Of a stretch of 64,000 bases of DNA, positions 36,243 through 45,233 are shown one piece after another (the stretch's first letter is position 1; each line of letters starts with the position of its first letter). The translations under genes were made by a program, and so were the position numbers. The notes under the pieces are model-generated. The model was not told the DNA's origin and ran no database searches. It saw only the letters and a list, made by a program, of their open reading frames with translations. The stretch is from a virus (taxonomy: Duplodnaviria; Caudoviricetes). Location of the stretch: the IMG/VR virus record IMGVR_UViG_3300044719_000048, positions 96,001-160,000 of that record; one strand, written 5' to 3'.

Positions 36243-38639
36243 ATGTTTACCACACAAATACCGCACACTTTGGACCCTTCAGAGGGTGAGGAAGACCGGG
36301 TAATCTACTACGTCAATGCACTGCCCGGCTCTGGCAAAACCTACCAATTCGACCATCACCTGGCTTTACCTCACGTCAAGAACAGACACAACTCTTTGTT
36401 GGTCTACGCTGCACCTACTCTTGAACTCCTACAGGAGCGAGAGCGCTCACTGCTGGATCTAGGAGTGACGAGGAAGAACCTCATGGTCATATCGACCAAG
36501 GACTCGACTGTTCCTGTGGTGGAGCAGTTCCGTAATGCAGTGCTTGGCAAGAAGGGTCAACCCGGGAAGCCCAATGGGTCGATCATCCTGTGTACCCATG
36601 AATGCGTTGCCCGGATTCAGGAGACGATGAAGGGTCGTGAGCGCGTCGTCTTGGTCTACGATGAGGCGCGTGCTTGCCTGCAAGACAACTATGCTTTGCA
36701 CCTGCCTGATGACGTGTACGCCTACTTGACCGAACCGCGAGAGCACCTCACGGAAGGCGGAAAGAAAGTGAAGGTCCAGCTGATAGCGAAGTTGCCGGTC
36801 TCGGTTAGCTCATCGGAGAACGACAGCTCTAGCATTTACATTTGGAACTGGTCGAACTACCGGATACCGCTTCCGACGTTGGCTCAGCTGCAGGAGCATT
36901 TGCCCAAGACTACTCGACAGCGTGATCGAGCCCGCAACATCTTGGACTTTCTGACCAACATCCACTCCTCTGCGTTGGATGTCTACGTCTCCATCGAGCG
37001 GAAGAAGTCGGAAGCTGAGTACGTGGTGTCCAACGTCTTCAGCCCTTCGAGGATGTTCAAGGGCTTTGCGAAAGTTCTGATCCTCAGTGCATTCTTTGAG
37101 TCGTCGCAGATGTACCAGTTCCTGACCAAAAGCAATCAGATAGACCGGGAACCTTTGGAACTGCGCAATATCACTGCCTCATACATCAACAAGAAGAGGA
37201 TGGTCTCGTTGCTGGAGCGGATGCGCCATGTCTACCTGACTTACATCTATGATCTTGGTGGCAAGAAACGCACGCTGTCCAAATCGGAGATGCAGCAAGC
37301 CGTAGTTGTTCAACGTGCGCTGTCTCCTGCTCAGATAAGAGTGGTGAACGCCAAGTGGCACGAGCTGTACGAGAAGAAGCCAGAGAGCTATCGCACGATC
37401 TACGACTCGTATCTGGAGTACGAGCACCGAGGTGAACGTGCGTCAGACGCCGAGCGGTCGGCCGCATACGACCTCATGTCTAGGTTGGACGAGAAAGTGA
37501 CTATCATAGGCGGTGTCATCCCTCACATGGTAGAGACCTCCATTCGACTACAGCAGGCGTTCATGAAACGCGCCAAGCTCAAGTTGGAAAGTCTTCCGGT
37601 GGGCATCAATCCACGATACAACTCGTACAAGGAAGGGGACTCGAAGATATGGGAAGATGAGAGGTTGGACGATTTCAACAAGCAGACAAAACGCTTCCGG
37701 GTCCCCAAAAATGGAAGTATCATCACCCGACTGCCCATCACTGCTCATGGACTGAACGCGTACCAGCGGTTGCATAGTTGTGCCTTCTTGGCTGCGATGA
37801 AGTACAGCAATCGAGAGCGAGATTTCTTGAAGCGCACTATCGATGCGTACGAACCCGAGACGGATCGCACACTCGACTACGCTTTGCAGCTACTCTGGCG
37901 ATGCAACGTGCGGTTGCCTTCCGAAGAGCCCGTGCTGTTGATCGTCACCGACCGCGCACTGGCTAAACAACTGCAAGCGCGGTTTCACAAGCTGGCCAAA
38001 GAATGGCTCGGGGAGTACTACGCCAAGAACGACGAGTTCGACTGGGACCAACCAGTGCTTCCCATAGTCAGTCCAAAGCGCCTGCTCAAAGACTATGAGC
38101 TGCCGACCATTTTGCGGTACACGTTCAACACCAAGGAGGCTCAACGTCGAAGCAACGCAAATAGGAAAACGTCGGTTCGAGGCCAAGAGGCTGCGGCTTT
38201 ACTCAAGGCCTATAGAGCAACTGAGGAAGGCAAGCGGTACTTCAACTTGTCGAATCAAATTTCGTACGCCAAGAGGAATGGAAAGGAGTTTGCCGCACTT
38301 GAGGCCGAGCGCAAGACTCTCATGACTCTGGCTCAATGGAAGCTAACGGACGACGGCCGCGAGGCATTCCGCAAACTAACCAAACCCGAAGAGACGATAC
38401 AGGAGAAGATCAGGCGTGTTTTGCACAGCATAGATATTTCCAAGATCGGAGACCGCAACGAGCGACTGAAGATCGTGTCGGCCATCAAGAACGACATGCC
38501 TGAGTTGAAGAGGGACGTGAAGCGCTGGTATGAGCAAGTGGGCGACAATTTCGAGCACAACTGGAAGACCGCAGAGGTCTATGGCAAGCGATACAATCTT
38601 GGCTGGGTCGTCGCTCAGGCCAAGAAGTATCCGAAGTAA
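36243..38639 (+). CDS. SF2 helicase-like protein, possible replication-origin-binding protein
   Basis: NALPGSGKT (Walker A), YAAPTLELLQE (Ia), CTHE, VYDEA (Walker B), ILSA; AAGGAG before MFTTQ. Confidence 0.75.
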   Translation: MFTTQIPHTLDPSEGEEDRVIYYVNALPGSGKTYQFDHHLALPHVKNRHNSLLVYAAPTLELLQERERSLLDLGVTRKNLMVISTKDSTVPVVEQFRNAVLGKKGQPGKPNGSIILCTHECVARIQETMKGRERVVLVYDEARACLQDNYALHLPDDVYAYLTEPREHLTEGGKKVKVQLIAKLPVSVSSSENDSSSIYIWNWSNYRIPLPTLAQLQEHLPKTTRQRDRARNILDFLTNIHSSALDVYVSIERKKSEAEYVVSNVFSPSRMFKGFAKVLILSAFFESSQMYQFLTKSNQIDREPLELRNITASYINKKRMVSLLERMRHVYLTYIYDLGGKKRTLSKSEMQQAVVVQRALSPAQIRVVNAKWHELYEKKPESYRTIYDSYLEYEHRGERASDAERSAAYDLMSRLDEKVTIIGGVIPHMVETSIRLQQAFMKRAKLKLESLPVGINPRYNSYKEGDSKIWEDERLDDFNKQTKRFRVPKNGSIITRLPITAHGLNAYQRLHSCAFLAAMKYSNRERDFLKRTIDAYEPETDRTLDYALQLLWRCNVRLPSEEPVLLIVTDRALAKQLQARFHKLAKEWLGEYYAKNDEFDWDQPVLPIVSPKRLLKDYELPTILRYTFNTKEAQRRSNANRKTSVRGQEAAALLKAYRATEEGKRYFNLSNQISYAKRNGKEFAALEAERKTLMTLAQWKLTDDGREAFRKLTKPEETIQEKIRRVLHSIDISKIGDRNERLKIVSAIKNDMPELKRDVKRWYEQVGDNFEHNWKTAEVYGKRYNLGWVVAQAKKYPK

Positions 38640-38642
38640 ATA
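38635..38642 (+). promoter_or_regulatory. AGTAAATA putative promoter
   Basis: Exact octamer overlapping a stop codon, upstream of an RBS. Confidence 0.6.
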
Positions 38643-38660
38643 TTTGAAGAGGAGGAACTC

Positions 38661-38831
38661 ATGTACAAAGACCACGACACTGCATTGAAGCACGCGCAGC
38701 TCCAAGCCAAGCGCCGAGCAAAACTGGAAGCCAAAGCAAAGGCCTTCGATGCCATCAAGGCCCTCGTCGAAGGCGAAGACTATGATGGCGTGCTGGCCCG
38801 TATTCGAGAAATCGTTCAGGAGGTCAAATGA
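38661..38831 (+). CDS. Small hypothetical protein (56 aa, not in ORF track)
   Basis: GAGGAGG RBS; MYKDHDTALK... Confidence 0.65.
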   Translation: MYKDHDTALKHAQLQAKRRAKLEAKAKAFDAIKALVEGEDYDGVLARIREIVQEVK

Positions 38832-39037
38832 AGATCATCAAGCCCGGCGTGCTCCCGGGAACCACAGAGCTCAAAGGTGAGTGCGGCCACTGCAAGGCCG
38901 TTGTTCAGTTCGCGATCTCCGAAGCCCGGTGCCACACGCACCGCAACGAGACACACTACTCGGTGAAGTGCCCTACTTCTAAGTGCCCGGAAGCCATATC
39001 GGTCGAAGACCTCCCACAGAACAGGGTGCAGCAATGA
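38828..39037 (+). CDS. Small zinc-ribbon protein
   Basis: CGHC...CPTSKC. Confidence 0.65.
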   Translation: MKIIKPGVLPGTTELKGECGHCKAVVQFAISEARCHTHRNETHYSVKCPTSKCPEAISVEDLPQNRVQQ

Positions 39038-39615
39038 CCGAAACAGAAATCCAAGCCAATGGTTTCAAGCAACTGGCGAACCTGACTGCACGAGGTGTGC
39101 CGCGAATCCAGCTCGTAGAAGCCGTCAACAGGACGCTGACAGAGTTGGCCGACCATCATTCGCAGCTGTTCGACATTCGGAACGAGCTGGCGCGCACTCG
39201 GTTGGTTCGACTGCCTCGCGCGCAATTCGTGTATTGGCCTCACAAGCAGCACCCACAAATGGTCAATGGTACCTCCGTGACCTATCTGCAAGAGCAGTAT
39301 GCAGTCTACACTGTGGCGAAGGACGCGGCCTTTGAGTGGATGTCCAACAACGAGTATGAGCTGTGGCACACCGAGACCGCAGAGGCCAAAGTGTTCTGGC
39401 GCGACTGGGTGGTCACTGAGATTGCTGACCAGCAACTGCAGTTCGCCTGCACCTACTGCGTGGCTTACATCCATGAAGGCAGGGTCTACGCAGACAATAA
39501 GATCACGCTCACAGAAGCCTACCGACGTTCCCCTTCGTGGGGACCAACTACGGTTCATGAAGACCCGGCGTCCGTATTTAGCAAACCATGGTTGACGCTG
39601 GAGGTGACGCGATGA
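39034..39615 (+). CDS. Hypothetical protein
   Basis: Start MTETEI, coupled. Confidence 0.6.
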   Translation: MTETEIQANGFKQLANLTARGVPRIQLVEAVNRTLTELADHHSQLFDIRNELARTRLVRLPRAQFVYWPHKQHPQMVNGTSVTYLQEQYAVYTVAKDAAFEWMSNNEYELWHTETAEAKVFWRDWVVTEIADQQLQFACTYCVAYIHEGRVYADNKITLTEAYRRSPSWGPTTVHEDPASVFSKPWLTLEVTR

Positions 39616-39661
39616 TCGTGCTCACTGAGGTCTACCGACGTTCAACTTCACGGAGATCAGA

Positions 39662-40585
39662 ATGATTCACACACTAAAGGAAGTAAAGACCTATCTATCA
39701 ACGTATTTGCAACGTGTTGGCGCCAAGGAGCGCAGGCTGAACGTGGGGCAGGTACTTGATCCGCTGACCTTCATCAAGGAGGACCACTCGACTTTGGTTG
39801 GCAAAGTCGAGACCATCACACTCAGCACGTTGAGTGGCCCTTGCTGCGGACCAATGAGAAACTATGGGACTCCAGAGCACACGGCCTTAGCCTTGTGGGA
39901 AAAGCTGGAACCCCTCATCGCGTTGGTTCCATCTGCTTACGTCCACATTTCCAATCCGTACATCGACTACACAAAAGGCACTATCTATCACGAGAATGCC
40001 AACTGGACAACTTTGATAGACGTTGCGATCTACAGTTACGACGGTATGATGTTCAAGACAATACGTAACGCTAATGGATCAGCCTCTGGTCTTTCCTCAG
40101 AGCTGACTCCTACTGTCGACTGCGCGACTCATGTTCTTTGCACGGTTCAGCCTTTTCAGATCAAGGTTTTCGAGCCAAACGTTCTGAGCCAATTGCAGTA
40201 CACGGTCGACCATGTTATCGGGAAGAACAAGCAACAGTTCTTTGAGGACCTACGCAATGACTTTGACAGAGCAGTGGAGTACGCGTGGACACAACTATCA
40301 AATATTGAGAGCCGGGCGACTCCCGCCAAACAGGAGGTTTCTCCTGAGGAATCCACTTCTGCCTACGCTAAGGCTGATGACCTACTTCGTGCCGGAAAAT
40401 ATCAAGAGTTTGCCGAGGTAGTTGCCAATCATTTTGATAGCCCTGTGACCGTTCATTTGAACGCGGGCTTTATTGAGGGGTTTGAACTCAACGGTAAGCA
40501 CTACCTGTCTACCGAACTTGTTGCTATGATGAAGATAGCAGGACAGCCTCAGTCTAAGCTGGAGCCTCAGGGAGACCCAACGTGA
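39662..40585 (+). CDS. Hypothetical protein
   Basis: 307-aa ORF. Confidence 0.65.
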   Translation: MIHTLKEVKTYLSTYLQRVGAKERRLNVGQVLDPLTFIKEDHSTLVGKVETITLSTLSGPCCGPMRNYGTPEHTALALWEKLEPLIALVPSAYVHISNPYIDYTKGTIYHENANWTTLIDVAIYSYDGMMFKTIRNANGSASGLSSELTPTVDCATHVLCTVQPFQIKVFEPNVLSQLQYTVDHVIGKNKQQFFEDLRNDFDRAVEYAWTQLSNIESRATPAKQEVSPEESTSAYAKADDLLRAGKYQEFAEVVANHFDSPVTVHLNAGFIEGFELNGKHYLSTELVAMMKIAGQPQSKLEPQGDPT

Positions 40586-41589
40586 TTGAATTAGTGGGGA
40601 TCGGGGATCTGCATCTAACCGACGAAAAGGGGCAAGGAGGACTCGCCAAATACATCGAAGACCCGAACGGCTATGTCATGAGCGAGGCTCAACGTGTCGT
40701 CAACTGGGCGCAGAAGAAGGGTATCAACTTGGTGATCCTCTACGGTGACATATGCGAGAACGCGCGCATGAGCTACGAGGCCAATCTCGCGTTGGTGAAG
40801 TTCTTCCGTCGTAACAAAGATATGGACTTCATCGTCTATCGAGGCAACCACGACTCGGTGGCTCACGGCGCTGACGAAGGCCACTCGCTGGAGATCTTGA
40901 TGAGCCATCGCCTGAAGAACGTGCGGGTCTTTGTTGAAGACACCTACGTGGATGTTGGCAAGCAGCGGATAAAGATCTGCCCGTGGCCTTCGACAGCGTT
41001 CGATCCAAAGGTCCTGAACTTCGGTCACATCGAGGTCTATGGATCCAAGCTCGACAGCGGCCGCAAGATGGAGTCAGACGAGCTGCCGAAGTCGAAGGCC
41101 GTCATCGGCATGGGGCACCTGCACACGAACCACCGGGTACGCAACACCTACTACTCAGGCACTCTCTATCAGACGAATTTCGGTGAGTCGCTCCCCAAGT
41201 TCTTCCACCACGTGAAGTTTTCATCACCTGATGACTTCGAGTTCGAGTCCGTGCCCTTCGACCCGAAGTACAAGCTGTTCAACTGCGTAATCGAAACCGC
41301 CGAAGACGTCGCGGCTCTACCGACCGATCCACACCACCTGGTCAAGCTCGTCGTGAAGGACGGCGCCGATGTTGAAGTCCCGGCACGCCCCAACATCGTC
41401 ATCAACAAGACGTTCAAGACCAAATCCGACTTGGCGCAGATCCTGACCGAAGACCTGATGCACGGCAAGGAACTGATTCTCAACAGCGCCGAATTCTTCC
41501 ACGACTGGATCGCCCAGCAGTCTGTGCCTCAACGTCTGAAGAAGCGCACGACCGCATTGCGCGAACGACTCCTAGGAGCATCGCAATGA
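40582..41589 (+). CDS. Mre11/SbcD (gp47-like) recombination nuclease subunit
   Basis: Metallophosphoesterase motifs GDLH, GDI, GNHD, GH, GHLH, YSG..YQ.NFGE. Confidence 0.9.
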   Translation: MIELVGIGDLHLTDEKGQGGLAKYIEDPNGYVMSEAQRVVNWAQKKGINLVILYGDICENARMSYEANLALVKFFRRNKDMDFIVYRGNHDSVAHGADEGHSLEILMSHRLKNVRVFVEDTYVDVGKQRIKICPWPSTAFDPKVLNFGHIEVYGSKLDSGRKMESDELPKSKAVIGMGHLHTNHRVRNTYYSGTLYQTNFGESLPKFFHHVKFSSPDDFEFESVPFDPKYKLFNCVIETAEDVAALPTDPHHLVKLVVKDGADVEVPARPNIVINKTFKTKSDLAQILTEDLMHGKELILNSAEFFHDWIAQQSVPQRLKKRTTALRERLLGASQ

Positions 41590-42116
41590 ACATCTTCAAA
41601 GAGCAGCAAGAAGCCGTAGACAAAATGGCGGAAGACCTCAAAGCCCATCGCTGGTCCTTGGTGAAGTGCGGACAAAGGAGCGGCAAAGGTATCATGGTCT
41701 GGACGCTGGTGAAGCAGAGCGACTACGAACGCATAGTGTGGCTTTCCACTCTTCCTGAGAAGGACCTCAGACAGTCGGTGAGGTCCATGCGTATCATGAT
41801 GAGCATTCCTGACGAGCTGGAGGTCGTGTATTGGTCACAGCCTGAGCGCGCATCAAAGCGGACCCTCGTGATCATCGACGAGGCCATGCACATGCCTGAT
41901 TCTTATTCCGTCCTTGAGCAAGAGCTTTTGAAGGGGTGCGACGTGGTTGTTATTGGTTCGCGAGGTCCGGAATATGATTTGGACATTCGGTGGACCAAGT
42001 TGAAGGGCCATTCCTATCATGCGTGGGAACTGAACCCGCTGGTGACACGCGCTAGTCTCCAGCCGTTCTACGCAGAAGACTCCCTGAGAGCAGCGCGTGA
42101 CTATGAAGGCTACTGA
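41586..42116 (+). CDS. Small P-loop protein resembling a terminase ATPase domain
   Basis: Q...; CGQRSGKG; VIIDEA; VVIGS; WELNP...RDY. Confidence 0.55.
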   Translation: MNIFKEQQEAVDKMAEDLKAHRWSLVKCGQRSGKGIMVWTLVKQSDYERIVWLSTLPEKDLRQSVRSMRIMMSIPDELEVVYWSQPERASKRTLVIIDEAMHMPDSYSVLEQELLKGCDVVVIGSRGPEYDLDIRWTKLKGHSYHAWELNPLVTRASLQPFYAEDSLRAARDYEGY

Positions 42117-42342
42117 CATGACTCCTGTGATTCTGATTGCCAACCCGACTGACGAGCAGGTCGGTCAGATTGAGGCTTCCATTCGAGAGTGGGAGATGAA
42201 GGCTGCTCGAGGAGAGTGCAGTTGGATTTGCTCCGACTGTTCGATGACCTTCCCGGAAGGCATGCCTGACAAATGCGAGCACGGCCACCAACGCTGCACC
42301 GACATCATCCAATCCTATAAGGAGACGGTCAAGGCCAGCTAG
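42097..42342 (+). CDS. Small Cys-rich protein
   Basis: CSWICSDC...CEHGH..C. Confidence 0.6.
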   Translation: MTMKATDMTPVILIANPTDEQVGQIEASIREWEMKAARGECSWICSDCSMTFPEGMPDKCEHGHQRCTDIIQSYKETVKAS

Positions 42343-42348
42343 TAAATA
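42341..42348 (+). promoter_or_regulatory. AGTAAATA putative promoter
   Basis: Exact octamer before an AGGAGG RBS. Confidence 0.65.
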
Positions 42349-42365
42349 AAGCACAGGAGGAATCG

Positions 42366-42593
42366 ATGAAGACTTTCTGTGTAGTTGTTGGGCAACCGCT
42401 GGTGGTGGCGCGGTGCCCACTACCTAGTGGTGCTTGCGCGTGGCAGCACCGAGCATCCAACTTCTGCAAGTACACCGACAAGGACCTGACGGTGAGTGAA
42501 CATGCCGAGCTCGTCGGTTTGCCTCCACCCAAGTCGCAAGATGTGCAGGCACTGGAACAGCGTTTGATAGAGGCCATCAGGTCCTCAGTTTAA
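42366..42593 (+). CDS. Small Cys-containing protein
   Basis: AGGAGG RBS; four Cys. Confidence 0.6.
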   Translation: MKTFCVVVGQPLVVARCPLPSGACAWQHRASNFCKYTDKDLTVSEHAELVGLPPPKSQDVQALEQRLIEAIRSSV

Positions 42594-42611
42594 TGAGCAA
42601 TTCGGATTGCG

Positions 42612-43400
42612 ATGAGCAACCACTTTCAACTGCCCTCCGAGGTACCCAAAACAATGCCCACTGGGCGGAGGTCACAAATGAAGTTTCTTCCAATCTCGTA
42701 CTTCGACAAGAACCCGAAATCCACCAAACCGATCTGGGGCGTCAACACTGCGTCCGAGTCGGACCTGGGTGTCGTCGGTGAAATCCTGCTGGCTATCCCG
42801 GGCCCGAACGGTGGCACCCCGGATCGCCTGCTGATTCCGCAAACGTGGTTGCCGCAAGAGCTCACGCGCGTCATCGGGCGTAAGCGATTGCTCAACTCCG
42901 TCGAGTTCCGCTCGGCAGTCGACAAGAAGCTGATCGGCCTGATTTCGGAAGAGGACGCGCAGCGTCTGCTTCGCCAAGATGGTGCCGTCGAGGAGCAGGA
43001 GAAGATTCGTGCACGTGCTCGCCAGATTCGTCAGGCCGGCGCCGCTCGTACTCTGGCCGACTCCAAGACCGAAGTCACTCGCGCTGACGGAGTGGCCGTC
43101 GAAGAGGACGACGATCAGGGTGGCCGCAACAAAACGGTCATCATCGATCCGAGTGAGCAAGCCAACGCGGCAGAGCTCGCTGCCTCTGGCGTCGAGGACG
43201 TGGAGCCCGGCATCTCGGTGCAATTCAAGATGTGGGTCGATCGCCTGGCGTTGTCGAAAGACGTACTGGCGAAAAACGACATCAAGTCGCGTCGTAAGTT
43301 TTCGTCCGCCGAACTTCGCTATCTCCAACGCGAGCTGCCGCGTAGCTTCACGCAGACGCTCACGATGGTGAATGCTACCCTGTCGAAGATGACGAAGTAA
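42612..43400 (+). CDS. Hypothetical protein
   Basis: 262-aa ORF with strongly biased codons. Confidence 0.75.
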   Translation: MSNHFQLPSEVPKTMPTGRRSQMKFLPISYFDKNPKSTKPIWGVNTASESDLGVVGEILLAIPGPNGGTPDRLLIPQTWLPQELTRVIGRKRLLNSVEFRSAVDKKLIGLISEEDAQRLLRQDGAVEEQEKIRARARQIRQAGAARTLADSKTEVTRADGVAVEEDDDQGGRNKTVIIDPSEQANAAELAASGVEDVEPGISVQFKMWVDRLALSKDVLAKNDIKSRRKFSSAELRYLQRELPRSFTQTLTMVNATLSKMTK

Positions 43401-43469
43401 CCAGTAGTGCTGTAGCAAACCTGAGCGTGGGCAGGAGACGTACCCATGCAATCCCTAGTTTTGGACTTT

Positions 43470-43503
43470 GCCCTAGGCCCTAAAAAGCCTAGGGTCTTTT
43501 TTT
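43470..43503 (+). terminator. Intrinsic terminator
   Basis: CCCTAGGC/GCCTAGGG stem followed by TC and T8. Confidence 0.75.
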
Positions 43504-43679
43504 CGCCCCTCGCATCCTCTGTACATACGCTTGCACGTACTCACTCCCCTTTTGACCGCGTTCTTGCGCCAAAAGCGGCTTTCCTTCCCTATTTCCGCCA
43601 AACAAGCCTGAAAAGCCACGATTTTTGACGAAAATCAGAGCCAAAAGGCGTCCAAAAGCCCCACACTGAGCAAAATCCG

Positions 43680-43688
43680 TGTTATACT
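43680..43688 (+). promoter_or_regulatory. Extended -10 sigma70-type promoter
   Basis: TG-T-TATACT preceded by phased A-tracts. Confidence 0.55.
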
Positions 43689-43716
43689 GAAACCGTAACA
43701 CCCTTCCCTAAACAAT

Positions 43717-43730
43717 CCCTATGAAAAGGA
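43717..43730 (+). promoter_or_regulatory. CCCTATGAAAAGGA leader/RBS box, copy 1
   Basis: Exact 14-mer 6 nt before ATG. Confidence 0.75.
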
Positions 43731-43736
43731 AATATC

Positions 43737-44033
43737 ATGGCTATCACTACCGAAGAAAAGGCTTTCCGTCAATTCCTGCGCTCGACGTTCAAGGCTCGCA
43801 TGGCTTGCGACGAATCCGGCAACAACATCACCTCGCTCAAAGGCAAGACCGCGAAGGCTCAAATCCGCAACGTCGACACGGTGCTGGAGAACCTGCGCGC
43901 CAAGGCCAAGGTCCTGAAGGAGACGAATCGTTCGGTGACTTTCGCCTACCAGCAAGGCAAGAAAGGCCCCTCGGCGGAAATCACGGTGTCGCTGGCTGAC
44001 GATCGCACGCTGACGATGGTCTCGAAACACTAA
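43737..44033 (+). CDS. Small basic early protein
   Basis: Own promoter, leader box and terminator; biased codons. Confidence 0.8.
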   Translation: MAITTEEKAFRQFLRSTFKARMACDESGNNITSLKGKTAKAQIRNVDTVLENLRAKAKVLKETNRSVTFAYQQGKKGPSAEITVSLADDRTLTMVSKH

Positions 44034-44049
44034 TGCGCAACGTACTCTG

Positions 44050-44080
44050 AGGCGGCCCTGCAAAAACGGGGCTGCCTTTT
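44050..44080 (+). terminator. Intrinsic terminator
   Basis: AGGCGGCCCTG/CGGGGCTGCCT stem plus T-run. Confidence 0.7.
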
Positions 44081-44105
44081 CTCACCTCAGTTCACTCAAT
44101 CGGCT

Positions 44106-44387
44106 ATGAAAACCGCATACGAACTCTTTCTCGAATCTCTGGGCTTCACTGACGTACGGCAGATCAAGACCTCCGGCGTAGTCGAGCTCTACGTCGGCCA
44201 AACGATGAAGGCTGCAAAGAAACTCTTGCGCGGAAAGCGCCTGCGTTTCCCACTCATCGAGAAAGGGAGCATCGCTAACGCCCAGTTCCAGAAGCTGTAC
44301 GCCGTACAGGACCAGAGGGTCGTCGGCCAGGTCCAGATTCTCGGGTACACCACCCACACTATCATCCAACTGGAGAACCTTTCGTGA
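44106..44387 (+). CDS. Hypothetical protein
   Basis: ORF in early-type cluster. Confidence 0.6.
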   Translation: MKTAYELFLESLGFTDVRQIKTSGVVELYVGQTMKAAKKLLRGKRLRFPLIEKGSIANAQFQKLYAVQDQRVVGQVQILGYTTHTIIQLENLS

Positions 44388-44764
44388 GCTTACCCGACGA
44401 CGTGCGCAGTCAGCTTGAGGCTTTCGTGAGTCGGCCAGTAGGGGACATGATGCAGGTCGCGCGGAGCAATCTTGCGATTGACCAGTCGGGCATCAGTGCC
44501 TACTTCCGACTCAGCTACCGTTCTATTCGTGGGCTCATCAGTCCTGCTGTTGACTTTGCGCGCATCAGCATCGACCCTGAGTGCAGGGGACGCGGATACA
44601 TGAGAGACATCTTGTCGATCTTGGAAAGCAACCCGAACAGGCTTCCGGTCTACGTCGAGTCGATGATAGACCCCGACCTCATTCCCGTGTTCGAGCGACG
44701 CGGGTACATCGTGTGTTCCGACGACGGGTACGGCGTCGTCGACTTAGTTTATCAACCCAAATAA
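44384..44764 (+). CDS. GNAT-like acetyltransferase
   Basis: ISIDPECRGRGY motif A; FERRGY. Confidence 0.6.
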   Translation: MSLPDDVRSQLEAFVSRPVGDMMQVARSNLAIDQSGISAYFRLSYRSIRGLISPAVDFARISIDPECRGRGYMRDILSILESNPNRLPVYVESMIDPDLIPVFERRGYIVCSDDGYGVVDLVYQPK

Positions 44765-44784
44765 CCTCTTCGGAGGGAGAAACA

Positions 44785-45099
44785 ATGCAGATCGTAATGT
44801 CCAATGGCGCTTCTAAAGAGGCACCGCTCAAACTCAAGACCGTTTATACGTTCCGCGGTCAGATCGTCAAAGTCACTCGGGGCACCAACCTTTTCGAGGC
44901 CGGCCCCAACGTGCAACGCAACTTACAGATCAACAAGTACGGTGCCAACTACGTGGAGGTCTTGGACGCCGAGACCGACCAACTGTATTACTCGCAGTCC
45001 CGCAGCATGAGCGGTAAGATCGGTGCGCCTCACTATGAATGGAATCCCGAGGAGACTGAGCGCCGCTACGGCGCCACTGCTCTTCTACTCCCGAAGTAA
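44785..45099 (+). CDS. Hypothetical protein
   Basis: GGAGG RBS, start MQIVMS. Confidence 0.65.
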   Translation: MQIVMSNGASKEAPLKLKTVYTFRGQIVKVTRGTNLFEAGPNVQRNLQINKYGANYVEVLDAETDQLYYSQSRSMSGKIGAPHYEWNPEETERRYGATALLLPK

Positions 45100-45233
45100 T
45101 CGCAGGTCAGCATAGGCGACGTGCTTTATTAAAGGCCCACTCGATTGGGCATAAGTCGCCAATCCATAACTAGAGGAGACCGTGTCCTGATGCCCCAAAC
45201 TAAACGGTCCATCATCCTGCCCAGGAGTCTACA

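Noticed and set aside
45178-45210. Hammerhead ribozyme suggested by CTGATG
   Set aside because: The core needs CUGANGA and GAAA; neither is complete here
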